The notes: a model not told the origin generated them from the sequence alone. A stretch of 61,590 nt of DNA from Candidatus Micrarchaeota archaeon (GCA_030648615.1 JAUSHJ010000042.1:1-61590); one strand, 5' to 3'; counted from the stretch's first letter, positions 9,672 to 19,422 are shown. Made by a program: numbers and translations.

Positions 9672-10421
9672 ATGGATACCAAAATCCTTGAAGACATCGG
9701 ACTAACTAATGGAGAAGTAAAAGTTTACCTTGCACTACTTAAGTTAGGAACAACTAGAACAGGACAGTTAGCTAGAGTAGCAAGCGTTTCATCATCTAAA
9801 GTATACAAGATACTTGATAGACTCGAGAAAAAGGGCTTAGTTGGACATGTAATCAAAGGAAATACAAAATATTTCAATGCACTGGAACCAAAAAGAATTC
9901 TTGATTATATTAATAATAAGGAAGAGGAAATGAAAAATAGAAAACAGCAAATTATAGAAATATTACCAGAACTTGAACAGCAACTGTCATCTGCAGAAAA
10001 GTCTGAGGCTTCTATCTATGAAGGATTTGAAGGGACGACAAATTTCTTTAGGAATATCCTTGATGAACTAAAAACTGGGGAAACATATTATGTAATAGGA
10101 GGGGGATATGGTGAAGACACACCTGAACTAAGAAGATTCTTCCATAAACACCATCAGAAAAGGGCAGCCAGGAAAATCAAGGTAAAGATGCTTGCAAATC
10201 ACGATGTTAAAGGTAATATAGAGGAAACGACAAAAATTAATTCTGAAATAAAATACCTTCCACAATATTTAATTACTAAGATGGAGATAGTATTTTACAG
10301 AAATAAAGTTTTTCTGGTGTTCTGGACAAAGGAACCGAAAGGTTTCCTGATAGAAAGCAGTGAAGCAGTAAAAAGTTTCGAAGCATATTTCAAAGCACTA
10401 TGGAAAATTGCACGCACGTGA
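9672..10421 (+). CDS. TrmB-family transcriptional regulator
   Basis: N-terminal wHTH 'EVKVYLALLKLGTTRTGQLARVASVSSSKVYKILDRLEKKGLV'. A TrmB-like C-terminal domain follows. Confidence 0.65.
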   Translation: MDTKILEDIGLTNGEVKVYLALLKLGTTRTGQLARVASVSSSKVYKILDRLEKKGLVGHVIKGNTKYFNALEPKRILDYINNKEEEMKNRKQQIIEILPELEQQLSSAEKSEASIYEGFEGTTNFFRNILDELKTGETYYVIGGGYGEDTPELRRFFHKHHQKRAARKIKVKMLANHDVKGNIEETTKINSEIKYLPQYLITKMEIVFYRNKVFLVFWTKEPKGFLIESSEAVKSFEAYFKALWKIART

Positions 10422-10469
10422 GTTATGTATTTATAAGTATTTGCACATAATATACATGTAGGTGATAAA

Positions 10470-10694
10470 ATGACTACTATGACATTGGCTGTTCCTGCCG
10501 AACTTAAACATAAACTTGAGGGATTTCCTGAAATAAACTGGAGCGAAGTCGCAAGACAAGCATTCATACAAAAAATAAGAGATTTGGAATTTCTTAAGCA
10601 ATTCAAGTCTGAAAGCAAAATGACTGAAGACGATGCTTTAAGATTGGGTAGAGAAGTAAGAAAGGGAATTGCAAAGCGAGTCCGAGGAGAGTAA
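10470..10694 (+). CDS. putative antitoxin of the VapBC-like pair
   Basis: 74-aa ORF that overlaps the start of the PIN gene. Basic C-terminus. Confidence 0.45.
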   Translation: MTTMTLAVPAELKHKLEGFPEINWSEVARQAFIQKIRDLEFLKQFKSESKMTEDDALRLGREVRKGIAKRVRGE

Positions 10695-11106
10695 TATGGA
10701 TTTAGTGATAGATGCTAATATCCTATTTGCAATGATCATACGAAAGGGCATTACGGAAAGAATTTTATTTTCAGATAGTTTACATATATATGCACCTGAG
10801 TATATATTTCTGGAATTTAAAGAGCGCAAAGAGTATTTACTAAGCATTACAAGCAGACCAGAAGATGAATTTATAAAATTAATAGAAATTTTGGAACGAA
10901 GAATAGAGCTTATCCCTACTTCTGAATTTAAGCAATTTATAAAAGAAGCTGAGACACTGATATCAGACAAAGATGACGCAGTATATCTTGCAGTTTGTCT
11001 TGCTAAAAAAATGCCACTGTGGACAAATGATAATCATTTTTCTCATCAGAACAAAATAAAGATTTTCACCACACAAGAACTGATAAGATACCTTGAAATA
11101 GAATGA
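10669..11106 (+). CDS. PIN-domain ribonuclease (VapC-like toxin)
   Basis: 'MDLVIDANILF' (Asp4). Acidic residues in 'DDAVYLAVCL' and 'WTNDNHF' are typical of PIN. Confidence 0.65.
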   Translation: MQSESEESNMDLVIDANILFAMIIRKGITERILFSDSLHIYAPEYIFLEFKERKEYLLSITSRPEDEFIKLIEILERRIELIPTSEFKQFIKEAETLISDKDDAVYLAVCLAKKMPLWTNDNHFSHQNKIKIFTTQELIRYLEIE

Positions 11107-11118
11107 GATGTTTTTATC

Positions 11119-11862
11119 ATGCGTTTTATCACAAATGAGCCTGCGATATTTCACAAGAATGCACTAATTATAGGAGACACACACTTTGGTATTGAAGATA
11201 AGCTAAGACTGAAAGGAATTTATCAGAATAACTTTACTGATTTGATGGTGGATAGAATAAAAAAATTAATAAAAATGACCAAAGCAAAGAAACTAATTAT
11301 TCTAGGAGACGTAAAAGAAAATATTACAATTGTAGATGAGAAAACCAAACAAACGATAGAAGAACTGGAAAAAATAGTTGAGATAACTATAGTAAGAGGA
11401 AATCACGACGGTGGAATTGAAACTGTTTGCAAGGACGTAAAACCCAGCGAGGGTTACATCTACGAAAATCTAGGTTTAATCCATGGCCACAGCTGGCCTT
11501 CTGAAGAAATTATGAATTGCGACTACTTAATATCGGCACATCAACATCCACAAATAGAATTTATTGATAAATCAGGAAAGAGACACGTCGAAACTGCATG
11601 GTTGGTACTGCCAGCAAATAAAACAAATTTAAAAAAGTTTTATAAAAAATTTAATGAAAAAATGCAATTAATATTGTTACCATCATTCAATCCGCTTGCA
11701 GGAAAAACATTAAAATACGACGATAACGAACATCTTGGGCCACTTTTTAAGAATAAGCTATTTAAATACAACGACGCAATATCTTATCGTTTAGACGGAG
11801 TTTGCATAGGCAAACTAAAAAACCATATAATTTCCAGTAAAATATCATTAAACCGGAGTTGA
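11119..11862 (+). CDS. calcineurin-like metallophosphoesterase
   Basis: Motifs 'GDTHFG', 'ILGDV', 'GNHD', 'GHSW'. Confidence 0.65.
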   Translation: MRFITNEPAIFHKNALIIGDTHFGIEDKLRLKGIYQNNFTDLMVDRIKKLIKMTKAKKLIILGDVKENITIVDEKTKQTIEELEKIVEITIVRGNHDGGIETVCKDVKPSEGYIYENLGLIHGHSWPSEEIMNCDYLISAHQHPQIEFIDKSGKRHVETAWLVLPANKTNLKKFYKKFNEKMQLILLPSFNPLAGKTLKYDDNEHLGPLFKNKLFKYNDAISYRLDGVCIGKLKNHIISSKISLNRS

Positions 11863-11868
11863 TAGTGA

Positions 11869-12117
11869 ATGGGAAGCAAAAGAAGAGGAAGCGACCGAAT
11901 CGAACGTTGTGATTCCTGTGGAAGAACCGTTCCAAGAACAAAAGCAGTATCTTTCGTCAAAAAAAGTTACTTCACTACTGATTTGAGAACCAACGATAAT
12001 GTTTCTCTTGCTACAGAAATTGAAGTTTACTACTGCATAAGTTGCGGAAAGCATCGAAAGATCTTCGAAAAGAAAAAGAAACTACTGGAGCAACAAAAGA
12101 ACCGGGGTGCGTATTGA
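11869..12117 (+). CDS. rps26e: ribosomal protein S26e
   Basis: 'RCDSCGRTVPRTKAVSFV' and 'YYCISCGKHRKI' match the two S26e zinc-ribbon-like segments. Confidence 0.7.
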   Translation: MGSKRRGSDRIERCDSCGRTVPRTKAVSFVKKSYFTTDLRTNDNVSLATEIEVYYCISCGKHRKIFEKKKKLLEQQKNRGAY

Positions 12118-12413
12118 TGGAGGAAGTCCATTGTGATGGGAAAATTTACGTCGCAGTGAAACAGGAATTGGGAAACCTCCCATTGATTGTAGTAAAGGCA
12201 AAAAATGGATACATAGCATGTAGTTACATAGACAAAGAAACAGCTGAGAAAGTTGGCGACATAGCAGCATTTGTTTCTGGTGTCAAAAACATGGACGACT
12301 TCATGAAAGCAAAAATAAGAGAGACTACAACTTGGGCAGAGGACATGGGCATACGAGAAGGCATGAGTGTAAAAAAAGCTTTGGAAATTATGGATATGGA
12401 AACGAAGAAATAA
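12117..12413 (+). CDS. hypothetical protein
   Basis: ATG overlaps the S26e stop (tgATGg). About 98 aa. The ORF-track start at 12042 lies inside S26e and is unlikely. Confidence 0.4.
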   Translation: MEEVHCDGKIYVAVKQELGNLPLIVVKAKNGYIACSYIDKETAEKVGDIAAFVSGVKNMDDFMKAKIRETTTWAEDMGIREGMSVKKALEIMDMETKK

Positions 12414-12482
12414 CTGAAAACGTTTATTTCTTCTAATTTTATTTTTTTAATTAAGTAGTTTTTTTCTTCTTTTATTCTTTTT

Positions 12483-12592
12483 CTATTCTACTGTAAATTC
12501 TATCGATGTTAAAGATTTCTTCTTTAACAGTTGTAAATCATAAAGTAATTTGCTCGAATTTACAACAGGACAAATTCTTCGCAAATTTGTCC
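12483..12592 (+). repeat. MITE-like repeat, copy 1 (family A)
   Basis: Imperfect terminal inverted repeats ctgtaaattctatcga...tcgaatttacaacag. Central hairpin gttaaag-atttctt-ctttaac. Adjacent hairpin ggacaaatt-cttcgca-aatttgtcc. Near-identical copies at 30398 and 59688, and a short one at 22500. Confidence 0.6.
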
Positions 12593-12628
12593 TTTTTATT
12601 ATATTTTATTATTTTTATTTTATCTATT

Positions 12629-13141
12629 CTATTTCTTTTTTCTCAAAATAACCAGACTGACCATAAATGGAAAAATAAATACGATATTACATAAACTATC
12701 AGGACGACTAATAAGTTGTATCGGAGTTGCATGATTTAACGCAATAACTTTTGTATGACAGTCCAAATTAGTTATACGTGTACCCTGAAATAACTGCCCT
12801 GCACCTGCTGATACAATTGAATCGCATATGGATTCGTCTTTCGTTATTTTTGCAACATCAGCAAAACAAACATTTTTTTCTGTTTCAGCTATGGTTGCAG
12901 CGTCACCGCCAACACTTATGCCTGCGGTTTCAACTTGACTACATGCAGTTACTGCACTGGATTTAGCACCAGCATATGCCATGGTTATCGCAGCTTCATG
13001 GAAACAGTATATTTTCTCCCGATTCGAAGCAAGTGCATCACATTCTTGTGGAGTCTTGAGCCCTAGAGCCCCACTAAGAAATATAGCTAGAACTAACGTC
13101 AACACTAAAAATAACTTTGAACGTTCAGAAACACCCATCAA
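12629..13141 (-). CDS. secreted Cys-rich hypothetical protein
   Basis: N-terminal signal peptide 'LFLVLTLVLAIFLSGALG'. Multiple Cys. Confidence 0.45.
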   Translation of the reverse strand: MMGVSERSKLFLVLTLVLAIFLSGALGLKTPQECDALASNREKIYCFHEAAITMAYAGAKSSAVTACSQVETAGISVGGDAATIAETEKNVCFADVAKITKDESICDSIVSAGAGQLFQGTRITNLDCHTKVIALNHATPIQLISRPDSLCNIVFIFPFMVSLVILRKKK

Positions 13142-13173
13142 CTTACCTGTAATTTACACGTTTAAATGTATTA

Positions 13174-13737
13174 TTATTTCCTGGGTTTCTCTGCATAAGG
13201 CTTAAGTAATTTCTGAGCTTTATCAAGCACTATACGAATTTCTTTTTCACTTTTTGCCCCTGCACATATTACTTTTCCGTTCTTGAATAATAGTAGACTT
13301 GCTTTTGGTTCCTTAAACTTAAGGATTGCACCTGGAAACTGTTCTGGTTCGTATTCGACATCGCTAACCTTATAAGCAATTTTGTAAAGATCTAATTCCA
13401 TATCCAAACTTGCTGAAGCAACGATATTAGTTATCACGATGTCTGGTTTTTTCTTCTTAATAATGCGTTTTGCATAAGGTGTAAGAAGCTTAATAGTCTT
13501 TTCAATTGTTTTGTCAATCATGGATCGTTTTTTACAACCTACACAAACGACCTTACCATTCTTGAATAGCAACAAACTTGCTTTCGGATCCTTGAATTTA
13601 AGAATTGCACCTGGAAACTGTTCTGGTTCATATTCTATTTCCTTTATTTTCTGAGCAAGTGAGTATAAGTCTAATTCTAGACCGAGACTTGCAGAAGCTA
13701 CCATATTAGTTACAACAAACACTGGCTTTTTTGTCAA
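13174..13737 (-). CDS. tbp: TATA-box binding protein
   Basis: Two internal direct repeats ('NMVASASLGLELDLYSLA...EYEPEQFPGAILKF' twice). Canonical TBP fold signature. Confidence 0.9.
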   Translation of the reverse strand: MTKKPVFVVTNMVASASLGLELDLYSLAQKIKEIEYEPEQFPGAILKFKDPKASLLLFKNGKVVCVGCKKRSMIDKTIEKTIKLLTPYAKRIIKKKKPDIVITNIVASASLDMELDLYKIAYKVSDVEYEPEQFPGAILKFKEPKASLLLFKNGKVICAGAKSEKEIRIVLDKAQKLLKPYAEKPRK

Positions 13738-13881
13738 TAAATCACCTTTTTAAAAATTAACTCATAACATTTAATTTATTAATAATGTTTATAAATACAA
13801 TAAAGCAATTGTTTAAAAAGGCTAGTGCTTAAAAACAAACTATTCAACTATTCAAGCTTAGAAGTACATAGGTGATTAATT

Positions 13882-14157
13882 ATGGTAAAACGATCTCATG
13901 GCGCACTTGCAACCAGGACTAAGAAATTAAGAGTCAAAGAACCTGTAACAATATCTAAATTAGTGAAATCTTTCGAAATAGGAAATAAGGTAATAATACA
14001 CCCTAGAGCTTATCAGAGAGGAGTACCTGCACTACGATATATTAATAAACAGGGAATAATTATAGAAAAAAGAGGAGAGTGCTACGTGGTTGAAATAAAA
14101 GATATGAACAAGACAAAATACCTCGTATCTCATCCAGTACATTTACAACTTTCTTAG
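13882..14157 (+). CDS. rpl21e: ribosomal protein L21e
   Basis: 'MVKRSHGALATRTKKL' N-terminus, about 91 aa. Confidence 0.8.
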   Translation: MVKRSHGALATRTKKLRVKEPVTISKLVKSFEIGNKVIIHPRAYQRGVPALRYINKQGIIIEKRGECYVVEIKDMNKTKYLVSHPVHLQLS

Positions 14158-14165
14158 GTGATTTT

Positions 14166-14492
14166 ATGGATATTACATCAACAAAACCAGTTTCTCTTGC
14201 AGAAGTAAAGGAAATATTGGAAAAACGAGAAAAGGATGCTCCAGAAGGAAAATTAGAGTATGAGCAATCACAGGCATTGGAACATGCACGAAGATTTGCA
14301 AAATTCGATAGAGAAAAATCTGAAAAAATCGTTGCTTCGATAACTAAGAATTCAAGAATATCACTAGACCTTGCATTTAAAATAGTAGATGTAAAGCCAG
14401 TCAGTGCAGAAACGCTTAAGGCAATAGTACTTAAAGATAAGGTGGAACTCACCGAAGATGAGGTTAATGAGATATTTAAAGCATTACAGTGA
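14166..14492 (+). CDS. rpoF: RNA polymerase subunit Rpo4/RpoF
   Basis: 108 aa. Sits in the conserved archaeal L21e-RpoF-DUF655 arrangement. Confidence 0.65.
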   Translation: MDITSTKPVSLAEVKEILEKREKDAPEGKLEYEQSQALEHARRFAKFDREKSEKIVASITKNSRISLDLAFKIVDVKPVSAETLKAIVLKDKVELTEDEVNEIFKALQ

Positions 14493-14509
14493 TATATTAG
14501 CTGATCAAT

Positions 14510-15097
14510 ATGGAAGATTATGCATGGGTTATAGAGTATTTACCATCAGGACATTCGTCCCAACTCCGAAGGGAGCCAGTAGTCCAGCTAGTGGGTGCTA
14601 AATTTTTCACTATTCTTGAAGCCACAGTAAAACCAGAAGCAACTATTTCTATAGGACAAAAAATATGTGTTGGAAAAGAAGGAAGAAGTGAAGTTGATAG
14701 AATAAAAGGTCGAATGAAATATGTCGATATGACCAACGGTGCAAAGGAATTCTTACCAAATGTCTTGAGAAAAGCAGTTGAAGAAAGAGAGAAAGATTTC
14801 GTTGATTTTGTCAATAGATCAAAACCTATTTCGATACGCGTTCATACTTTAGATTTACTTCCAGGAATAGGGAAAAAAAATATGGAAGCACTTGTTGCAG
14901 AAAGGGAAAAGAAACCTTTTGAATCATTTGTTGACCTTAAAGCACGAGTTCCTACGTTGCCCGATCCAGTGATGATATTCGTTCATAGAATAATCAGTGA
15001 ACTAGAAGGTAATGAGAAATACTACTTATTTACTAAGCCTCCATTTGAGGCATTCCCGACACACAATAACTATGGTGGACAGGGACGAAGATACTGA
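14510..15097 (+). CDS. DUF655-family predicted RNA-binding protein (S1-like plus HhH)
   Basis: Position after rpoF. HhH-like 'LLPGIGKKNMEALV'. Confidence 0.6.
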   Translation: MEDYAWVIEYLPSGHSSQLRREPVVQLVGAKFFTILEATVKPEATISIGQKICVGKEGRSEVDRIKGRMKYVDMTNGAKEFLPNVLRKAVEEREKDFVDFVNRSKPISIRVHTLDLLPGIGKKNMEALVAEREKKPFESFVDLKARVPTLPDPVMIFVHRIISELEGNEKYYLFTKPPFEAFPTHNNYGGQGRRY

Positions 15098-15136
15098 TAG
15101 TAGCATTTATAAACATGTTTATACATAATTAATAAT

Positions 15137-15616
15137 ATGTCTACTCTTTATGCTCCACGGCCAATACGTTTTCTTGAAGTTATGAATGGAACTACTTCTC
15201 CAAATTTAAGAGTTAAATTATATGGCGTTAGTGCTAGAGATAGTGATAGACCACGTGAAGAATTAGTTAAAGCTGCTAAAACTGTTGCTTTTGACAGATT
15301 ACCAAAACCTTCAAAACCATCAATTCCTGAAAGTCCATTGTCGGTTGCAATTGCATGTGTTCATGAAGCCAGGGGAGCAGATTTTCTTCTTCTTGGTTCG
15401 TGGGATGACAACGTACTAATTACAAATGTTTTCAAAATAGACCCTAAAGTTCCTGGCCATACAGTTATGAGTTATCAGAGAGATTCCCCGTTGTGTACTT
15501 GGGACATTAAATTAATTGGATTTGAAAGAGATGCCTGGGTGGAAAAGGTTCTTAAAAGTCCTACAACTGCAGGAATAGAAGCTTATCTTTCTCTTGTTCT
15601 CAACGCAGTAGTATGA
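15137..15616 (+). CDS. hypothetical protein
   Basis: 159-aa ORF. No family recognised. Confidence 0.35.
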   Translation: MSTLYAPRPIRFLEVMNGTTSPNLRVKLYGVSARDSDRPREELVKAAKTVAFDRLPKPSKPSIPESPLSVAIACVHEARGADFLLLGSWDDNVLITNVFKIDPKVPGHTVMSYQRDSPLCTWDIKLIGFERDAWVEKVLKSPTTAGIEAYLSLVLNAVV

Positions 15617-15669
15617 CAGTGTTGCCCTATTACTATAAAAATATAATCATACTTAATTATTTTCTTACT

Positions 15670-15771
15670 GAGCCTATAGTCGAAACTATCTTTTATCCTA
15701 AAGATAGCGAAATTGGTTAAGACGTTGCTCTTACACAGCAAAGATTCGCAGTTCGATCCTGCGTGGGCTCA
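15670..15771 (+). tRNA. tRNA-Val(TAC) with a putative ~27-nt non-canonical intron in the D-loop region
   Basis: Acceptor gagccta/tgggctc (6 WC plus 1 GU). T-arm cgcag-TTCGATC-ctgcg. Anticodon stem ttgct/agcaa with loop cTTACac. The D-region is 37 nt and contains the perfect hairpin ctatctttt-atcc-taaagatag, so a ~27-nt intron is inferred rather than a tRNA with an impossible D-loop. Confidence 0.55.
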
Positions 15772-15816
15772 TATAGTATTTCCAGCAGCTGTGCCGAAGG
15801 CACCGGCTAAGATGTC

Positions 15817-16533
15817 TTGAGTTTCCAGTTTAGAGTTTTTGATCTGATAACCATGAAGCACATCGGCATTGTTGCAATAACTGCAGAAGGTGCAACTCTC
15901 TGTTATAGAACAATAGTTTCAGAAGCAGGGAAACTACTTGGACAGAATAAACATCCTGAAATAACTTTGAATAATGCTCCTTTTGATGAGATACTATCTG
16001 CACAGAATAAAGGAGATTGGTCAAAAGTTGCAAATGTAATTCTAAATTCAATAGCTAAATTACAGAAAGCAGGAACAGAATTTGCAGTTATACCTGCTAA
16101 TTCAGTACACTACTCTTTTGATGAAATAAAAAAGAAGTCTACCATTCCCGTTCTCAGCATAATCGAAATAACTGCTGAAGAGTGTAAAAAACTAGGTTAT
16201 AAAAAAGTTGGACTAGTTGGTACAAAACTAACAATGGAAAATAGTCTTTACCAAAAACCATTGCAAAAATATGATATAGAATTAGTTATTCCTGAGAAAA
16301 AAGATCGTGAAAAAATCAATTGTATAATTTTTAATGAGATCGTACTAAATAAGATCATATCAACAAATGAAATTGTTGAGATAATTAATAAATTAAAGCA
16401 AAATGGATGCGATGCTGTTATTCTTGGTTGTACTGAAATACCGATAGTAATAAATGAACAAAATTCGCCTTTGCCGTTTATAGATACAACGAGATTACTC
16501 GCAATAAAAGCATTAGAGTATAGTTTAAAATAA
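15817..16533 (+). CDS. Asp/Glu racemase family protein (aspartate racemase-like)
   Basis: 'KHIGIVAITAEGATLCY', 'AVIPANSVH', 'GCTEIP'. The true start is probably M at 15856. Confidence 0.65.
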   Translation: MSFQFRVFDLITMKHIGIVAITAEGATLCYRTIVSEAGKLLGQNKHPEITLNNAPFDEILSAQNKGDWSKVANVILNSIAKLQKAGTEFAVIPANSVHYSFDEIKKKSTIPVLSIIEITAEECKKLGYKKVGLVGTKLTMENSLYQKPLQKYDIELVIPEKKDREKINCIIFNEIVLNKIISTNEIVEIINKLKQNGCDAVILGCTEIPIVINEQNSPLPFIDTTRLLAIKALEYSLK

Positions 16534-16536
16534 TAG

Positions 16537-17058
16537 ATGATCTTTATGAAAAAATCTCTAATGTATGTCATCTGTCCAAGTGAAAATTATCAGGAGTTAG
16601 AAGATTTCTTAAAAACCAAATGCCCAAAAATTGAAATTCGATGTGCTCCTGTTGATTTTGTTCGTCTTTTCTGGATGTATGGAAATTTAAATGACTTGTG
16701 GGAAACGTATCGCAATATTACCACTTTTAAAAATTCAAGAAACCTTCAAATAACTACGTTAATAGAACATCTTCCAAAAAAACTCAACAAAAAAGAAAAA
16801 TATACCTTTTTTATATCGACCCCTACAAAGAAAAATAATCCACAATCTATTGAAATGACAAATATTATATTAGACATACTATCTTCACATCAAGATGGAA
16901 TCCAAGAACAAGAAATAATATCGAAAGTTATCGAATCTGATTCAACATTCGATACAGTAAAGATAAAAACTGAGATATCTAAGCTTTTTAGAGAAGGAAA
17001 AATATATATGTTTAAACAATGTTATAAACGAGTTAATTATAACGAAAATACGCACTAA
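16537..17058 (+). CDS. hypothetical protein with a possible C-terminal winged helix
   Basis: 173-aa ORF. No family recognised. Confidence 0.35.
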   Translation: MIFMKKSLMYVICPSENYQELEDFLKTKCPKIEIRCAPVDFVRLFWMYGNLNDLWETYRNITTFKNSRNLQITTLIEHLPKKLNKKEKYTFFISTPTKKNNPQSIEMTNIILDILSSHQDGIQEQEIISKVIESDSTFDTVKIKTEISKLFREGKIYMFKQCYKRVNYNENTH

Positions 17059-17068
17059 GGTTATATCT

Positions 17069-18262
17069 ATGTTAATCGGATTAGTCGGAAAACCATCATC
17101 AGGAAAAAGTACATTCTTCCAGGCACTTACAAGTGTACCTGTGGAACGTTCAGCTAGACCTTTCACTACAATCAAGCCAAACCGAGGCATTGGTTATGTA
17201 GAGATAGAATGCGTAGACAAGGAATTTGATGAAAAATGCAATCCTAGAACAGGTTTTTGTGTAAACTCAAGAAGATTCGTTCCTGTTGAAATTTTAGATG
17301 TTGCAGGACTAGTGCCAGGTGCCCATGAAGGCAAAGGTTTAGGAAACAAATTCTTAGATGATTTAAGACAGGCAGATGTACTTCTTCATATTATAGATGT
17401 ATCAGGTTCCACCAATGAAGTAGGTGAAGGAGTAGAAACTGGCAGTTACGATCCTGCAAACGATATAAAATTCCTAGAAGAAGAACTAAACTTTTGGATA
17501 AAAGGAATACTGGATGCTAACTGGACTAAACTCGTAAGAGAAAGTAACCAGGGTAAAAAGAATGAGGAGATAATGGGTCAGCAATTCTCTGGTTTAGGAA
17601 TGAAAAGAGATACTATAATAAAGACGCTAAATTCGCTAGAACTGCAGGACAAAAAACTTACTGACTGGAGCGATGAAGAACGATTCGCATTCTGTAAAAA
17701 AATAAGAGAGATTGGTAAACAAATAATCATTGCAGCAAATAAATGCGACATAAGCACCGGTTTTGCCAATTATGAAAGAATAAAAAAACAGTTTCCTAAT
17801 TATTTGATAATTCCATGTTCAGCAGAAGCAGAGATTACACTAAAGTCTGCATCAAAAGCTGGATTCATAGATTACATACAAGGAGATGGAGAATTCAAAG
17901 TTTTAAAGGAGCTAAATGAACAGCAGAAAAATGCGATGAATATACTCACAGATTTATTAAAGAAATACAGTTCTACAGGAGTTCAAAAATCATTGAACGT
18001 AGCAGTATTGGATTTCCTAAAATATATTGCCATATTCCCTGGCGGAGTTGGAAAACTAGAGGATAAAGATGGCAATGTTTTGCCAGACTGTTTCCTTTTG
18101 CCACCAAACTCGACAGCATTAGATTTCGCATTCTCGCTGCATACTGATATGGGTAAAGGTTTCATCAGGGCGGTGGATGTTAAGACACGATTGCCACATG
18201 GCAAAGAGCATCCGCTAAAGCATAGAGATGTAATAGAACTATTTTTCAAGAAACCACAGTAA
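17069..18262 (+). CDS. ychF: YchF/OLA1-type Obg-family ATPase/GTPase with a TGS-like C-terminus
   Basis: G1 'GLVGKPSSGKSTFF'. 'FTTIKPNRG', 'DVAGLVPGAHEGKGLGNKFL', 'HTDMGKGFIRA'. Confidence 0.75.
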   Translation: MLIGLVGKPSSGKSTFFQALTSVPVERSARPFTTIKPNRGIGYVEIECVDKEFDEKCNPRTGFCVNSRRFVPVEILDVAGLVPGAHEGKGLGNKFLDDLRQADVLLHIIDVSGSTNEVGEGVETGSYDPANDIKFLEEELNFWIKGILDANWTKLVRESNQGKKNEEIMGQQFSGLGMKRDTIIKTLNSLELQDKKLTDWSDEERFAFCKKIREIGKQIIIAANKCDISTGFANYERIKKQFPNYLIIPCSAEAEITLKSASKAGFIDYIQGDGEFKVLKELNEQQKNAMNILTDLLKKYSSTGVQKSLNVAVLDFLKYIAIFPGGVGKLEDKDGNVLPDCFLLPPNSTALDFAFSLHTDMGKGFIRAVDVKTRLPHGKEHPLKHRDVIELFFKKPQ

Positions 18263-18363
18263 TATTAGTTGATTAGAAAAAATAGATACTAAAATTGATA
18301 AAAACTAGAATTACTTGTTTCCAGTAGTTACTTCTAATCTAGAGATTCGAACCAGCCAATAAT

Positions 18364-18717
18364 TTACTTCTTCTGAACTGATTTCACTGAAGTTGGTTTT
18401 TCAACCGGAGTCTGAATTGTATTGCTTAACTTCTCAGCTTTCTTGGCTGGTCTGTAAACTACAAAGTAGTATATGATTGCTCCAATCCAACCTGTTAATG
18501 CAATTACCAAGATCCACATTACCTTATCATTATGAACCGGAAATTCTCTCTTTAAACAATCTACAAGTGCTAGTATCCATCCAATGAATCCTAGAAGTGC
18601 GAATATACCTATGACACAGTAAAATAATAGAATTCCGCCATAAACTCCTGCAAACAGAGCTGCAATCCCAGCACCGGCTGCTGAACTTCCTGAAGTAGTT
18701 GCTAGTTGAAAGACCAT
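18364..18717 (-). CDS. small membrane protein
   Basis: Two or three TM helices. 'WILVIALTGWIGAIIYY' resembles a PLDc_N-like segment. Confidence 0.45.
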   Translation of the reverse strand: MVFQLATTSGSSAAGAGIAALFAGVYGGILLFYCVIGIFALLGFIGWILALVDCLKREFPVHNDKVMWILVIALTGWIGAIIYYFVVYRPAKKAEKLSNTIQTPVEKPTSVKSVQKK

Positions 18718-18736
18718 AAAGGTATTATAACTTTAC

Positions 18737-19075
18737 ATGCTTTTAAAGGGTATGCTTGTAATGCTAACTACCTGCCCAGATAAGAAATCTGCTGAGAAAG
18801 TAGCCAAAACGCTAGTAGAGGAATGCTATGCTGCATGTGTAAACATTATAAACGTCGAAAATTCTATTTATATGTGGAAAGGAAAACTCAAACAGGATCC
18901 GGAATATATGCTCCTGATAAAAAGCAAAAAGGGATTTCGGGAAATGGAAAGTAAGATAAGAGAGATACACCCGTATAAGATACCAGAGTTAATATCCTTA
19001 AGCGTAGAAACTGAGAGCAGAGATTATTTATCATGGGTTATTGACTGTTGTCATTCTAAACAGGGAAAAAAATAA
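18737..19075 (+). CDS. cutA: CutA1 divalent-cation tolerance protein
   Basis: 'AACVN', 'HPYKIPE'. About 105 aa. Confidence 0.7.
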   Translation: MLLKGMLVMLTTCPDKKSAEKVAKTLVEECYAACVNIINVENSIYMWKGKLKQDPEYMLLIKSKKGFREMESKIREIHPYKIPELISLSVETESRDYLSWVIDCCHSKQGKK

Positions 19076-19085
19076 TTTGTATTCT

Positions 19086-19418
19086 TTAAGGAGAAATAGA
19101 TTTTGTAGTTTTCAGAGATTTTATCGTTCCGCTAGCTCTTTTTGCAATTGTTCTTGCTTTCTTCCCGTTTAGTGAATTAACTAGAGCCAGAAAACCCAAA
19201 ACATCTTTATAATGATCCCGAGCGCAACGGAAAATCGAAAGTTTTTTTACTGAATCGTAATCTATAAACTTAAGTGATATTTTCGATAAACCAAACTCAC
19301 CAAAGAATCTAAGTGCTTCGTTGTAAACACCGTGCTTAACGTCTTCCTCTTTTAGTTCGCTATCACTCTTGATTTCGAAAAGTATGTAACGTTTTTTCAA
19401 TGCTGATGCTCTTACCAT
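19086..19418 (-). CDS. RNase P protein subunit Pop5 (Rpp14-like)
   Basis: 'KKRYILFEI' N-terminus. About 110 aa, basic. Confidence 0.55.
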   Translation of the reverse strand: MVRASALKKRYILFEIKSDSELKEEDVKHGVYNEALRFFGEFGLSKISLKFIDYDSVKKLSIFRCARDHYKDVLGFLALVNSLNGKKARTIAKRASGTIKSLKTTKSISP

Positions 19419-19422
19419 AAAT

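Noticed and set aside
12506-12694. 62-aa ORF inside the MITE-like repeat copy 1. The same applies to the 30339-30566 ORF inside copy 3.
   Set aside because: Both are composed of repeat sequence and low-complexity AT-rich DNA, with no coding signature.
15817-15855. Upstream extension 'MSFQFRVFDLITM' of the racemase ORF.
   Set aside because: It overlaps the tRNA-Val 3' flank and a hairpin. Family alignment begins at 'MKHIGIV' (15856).
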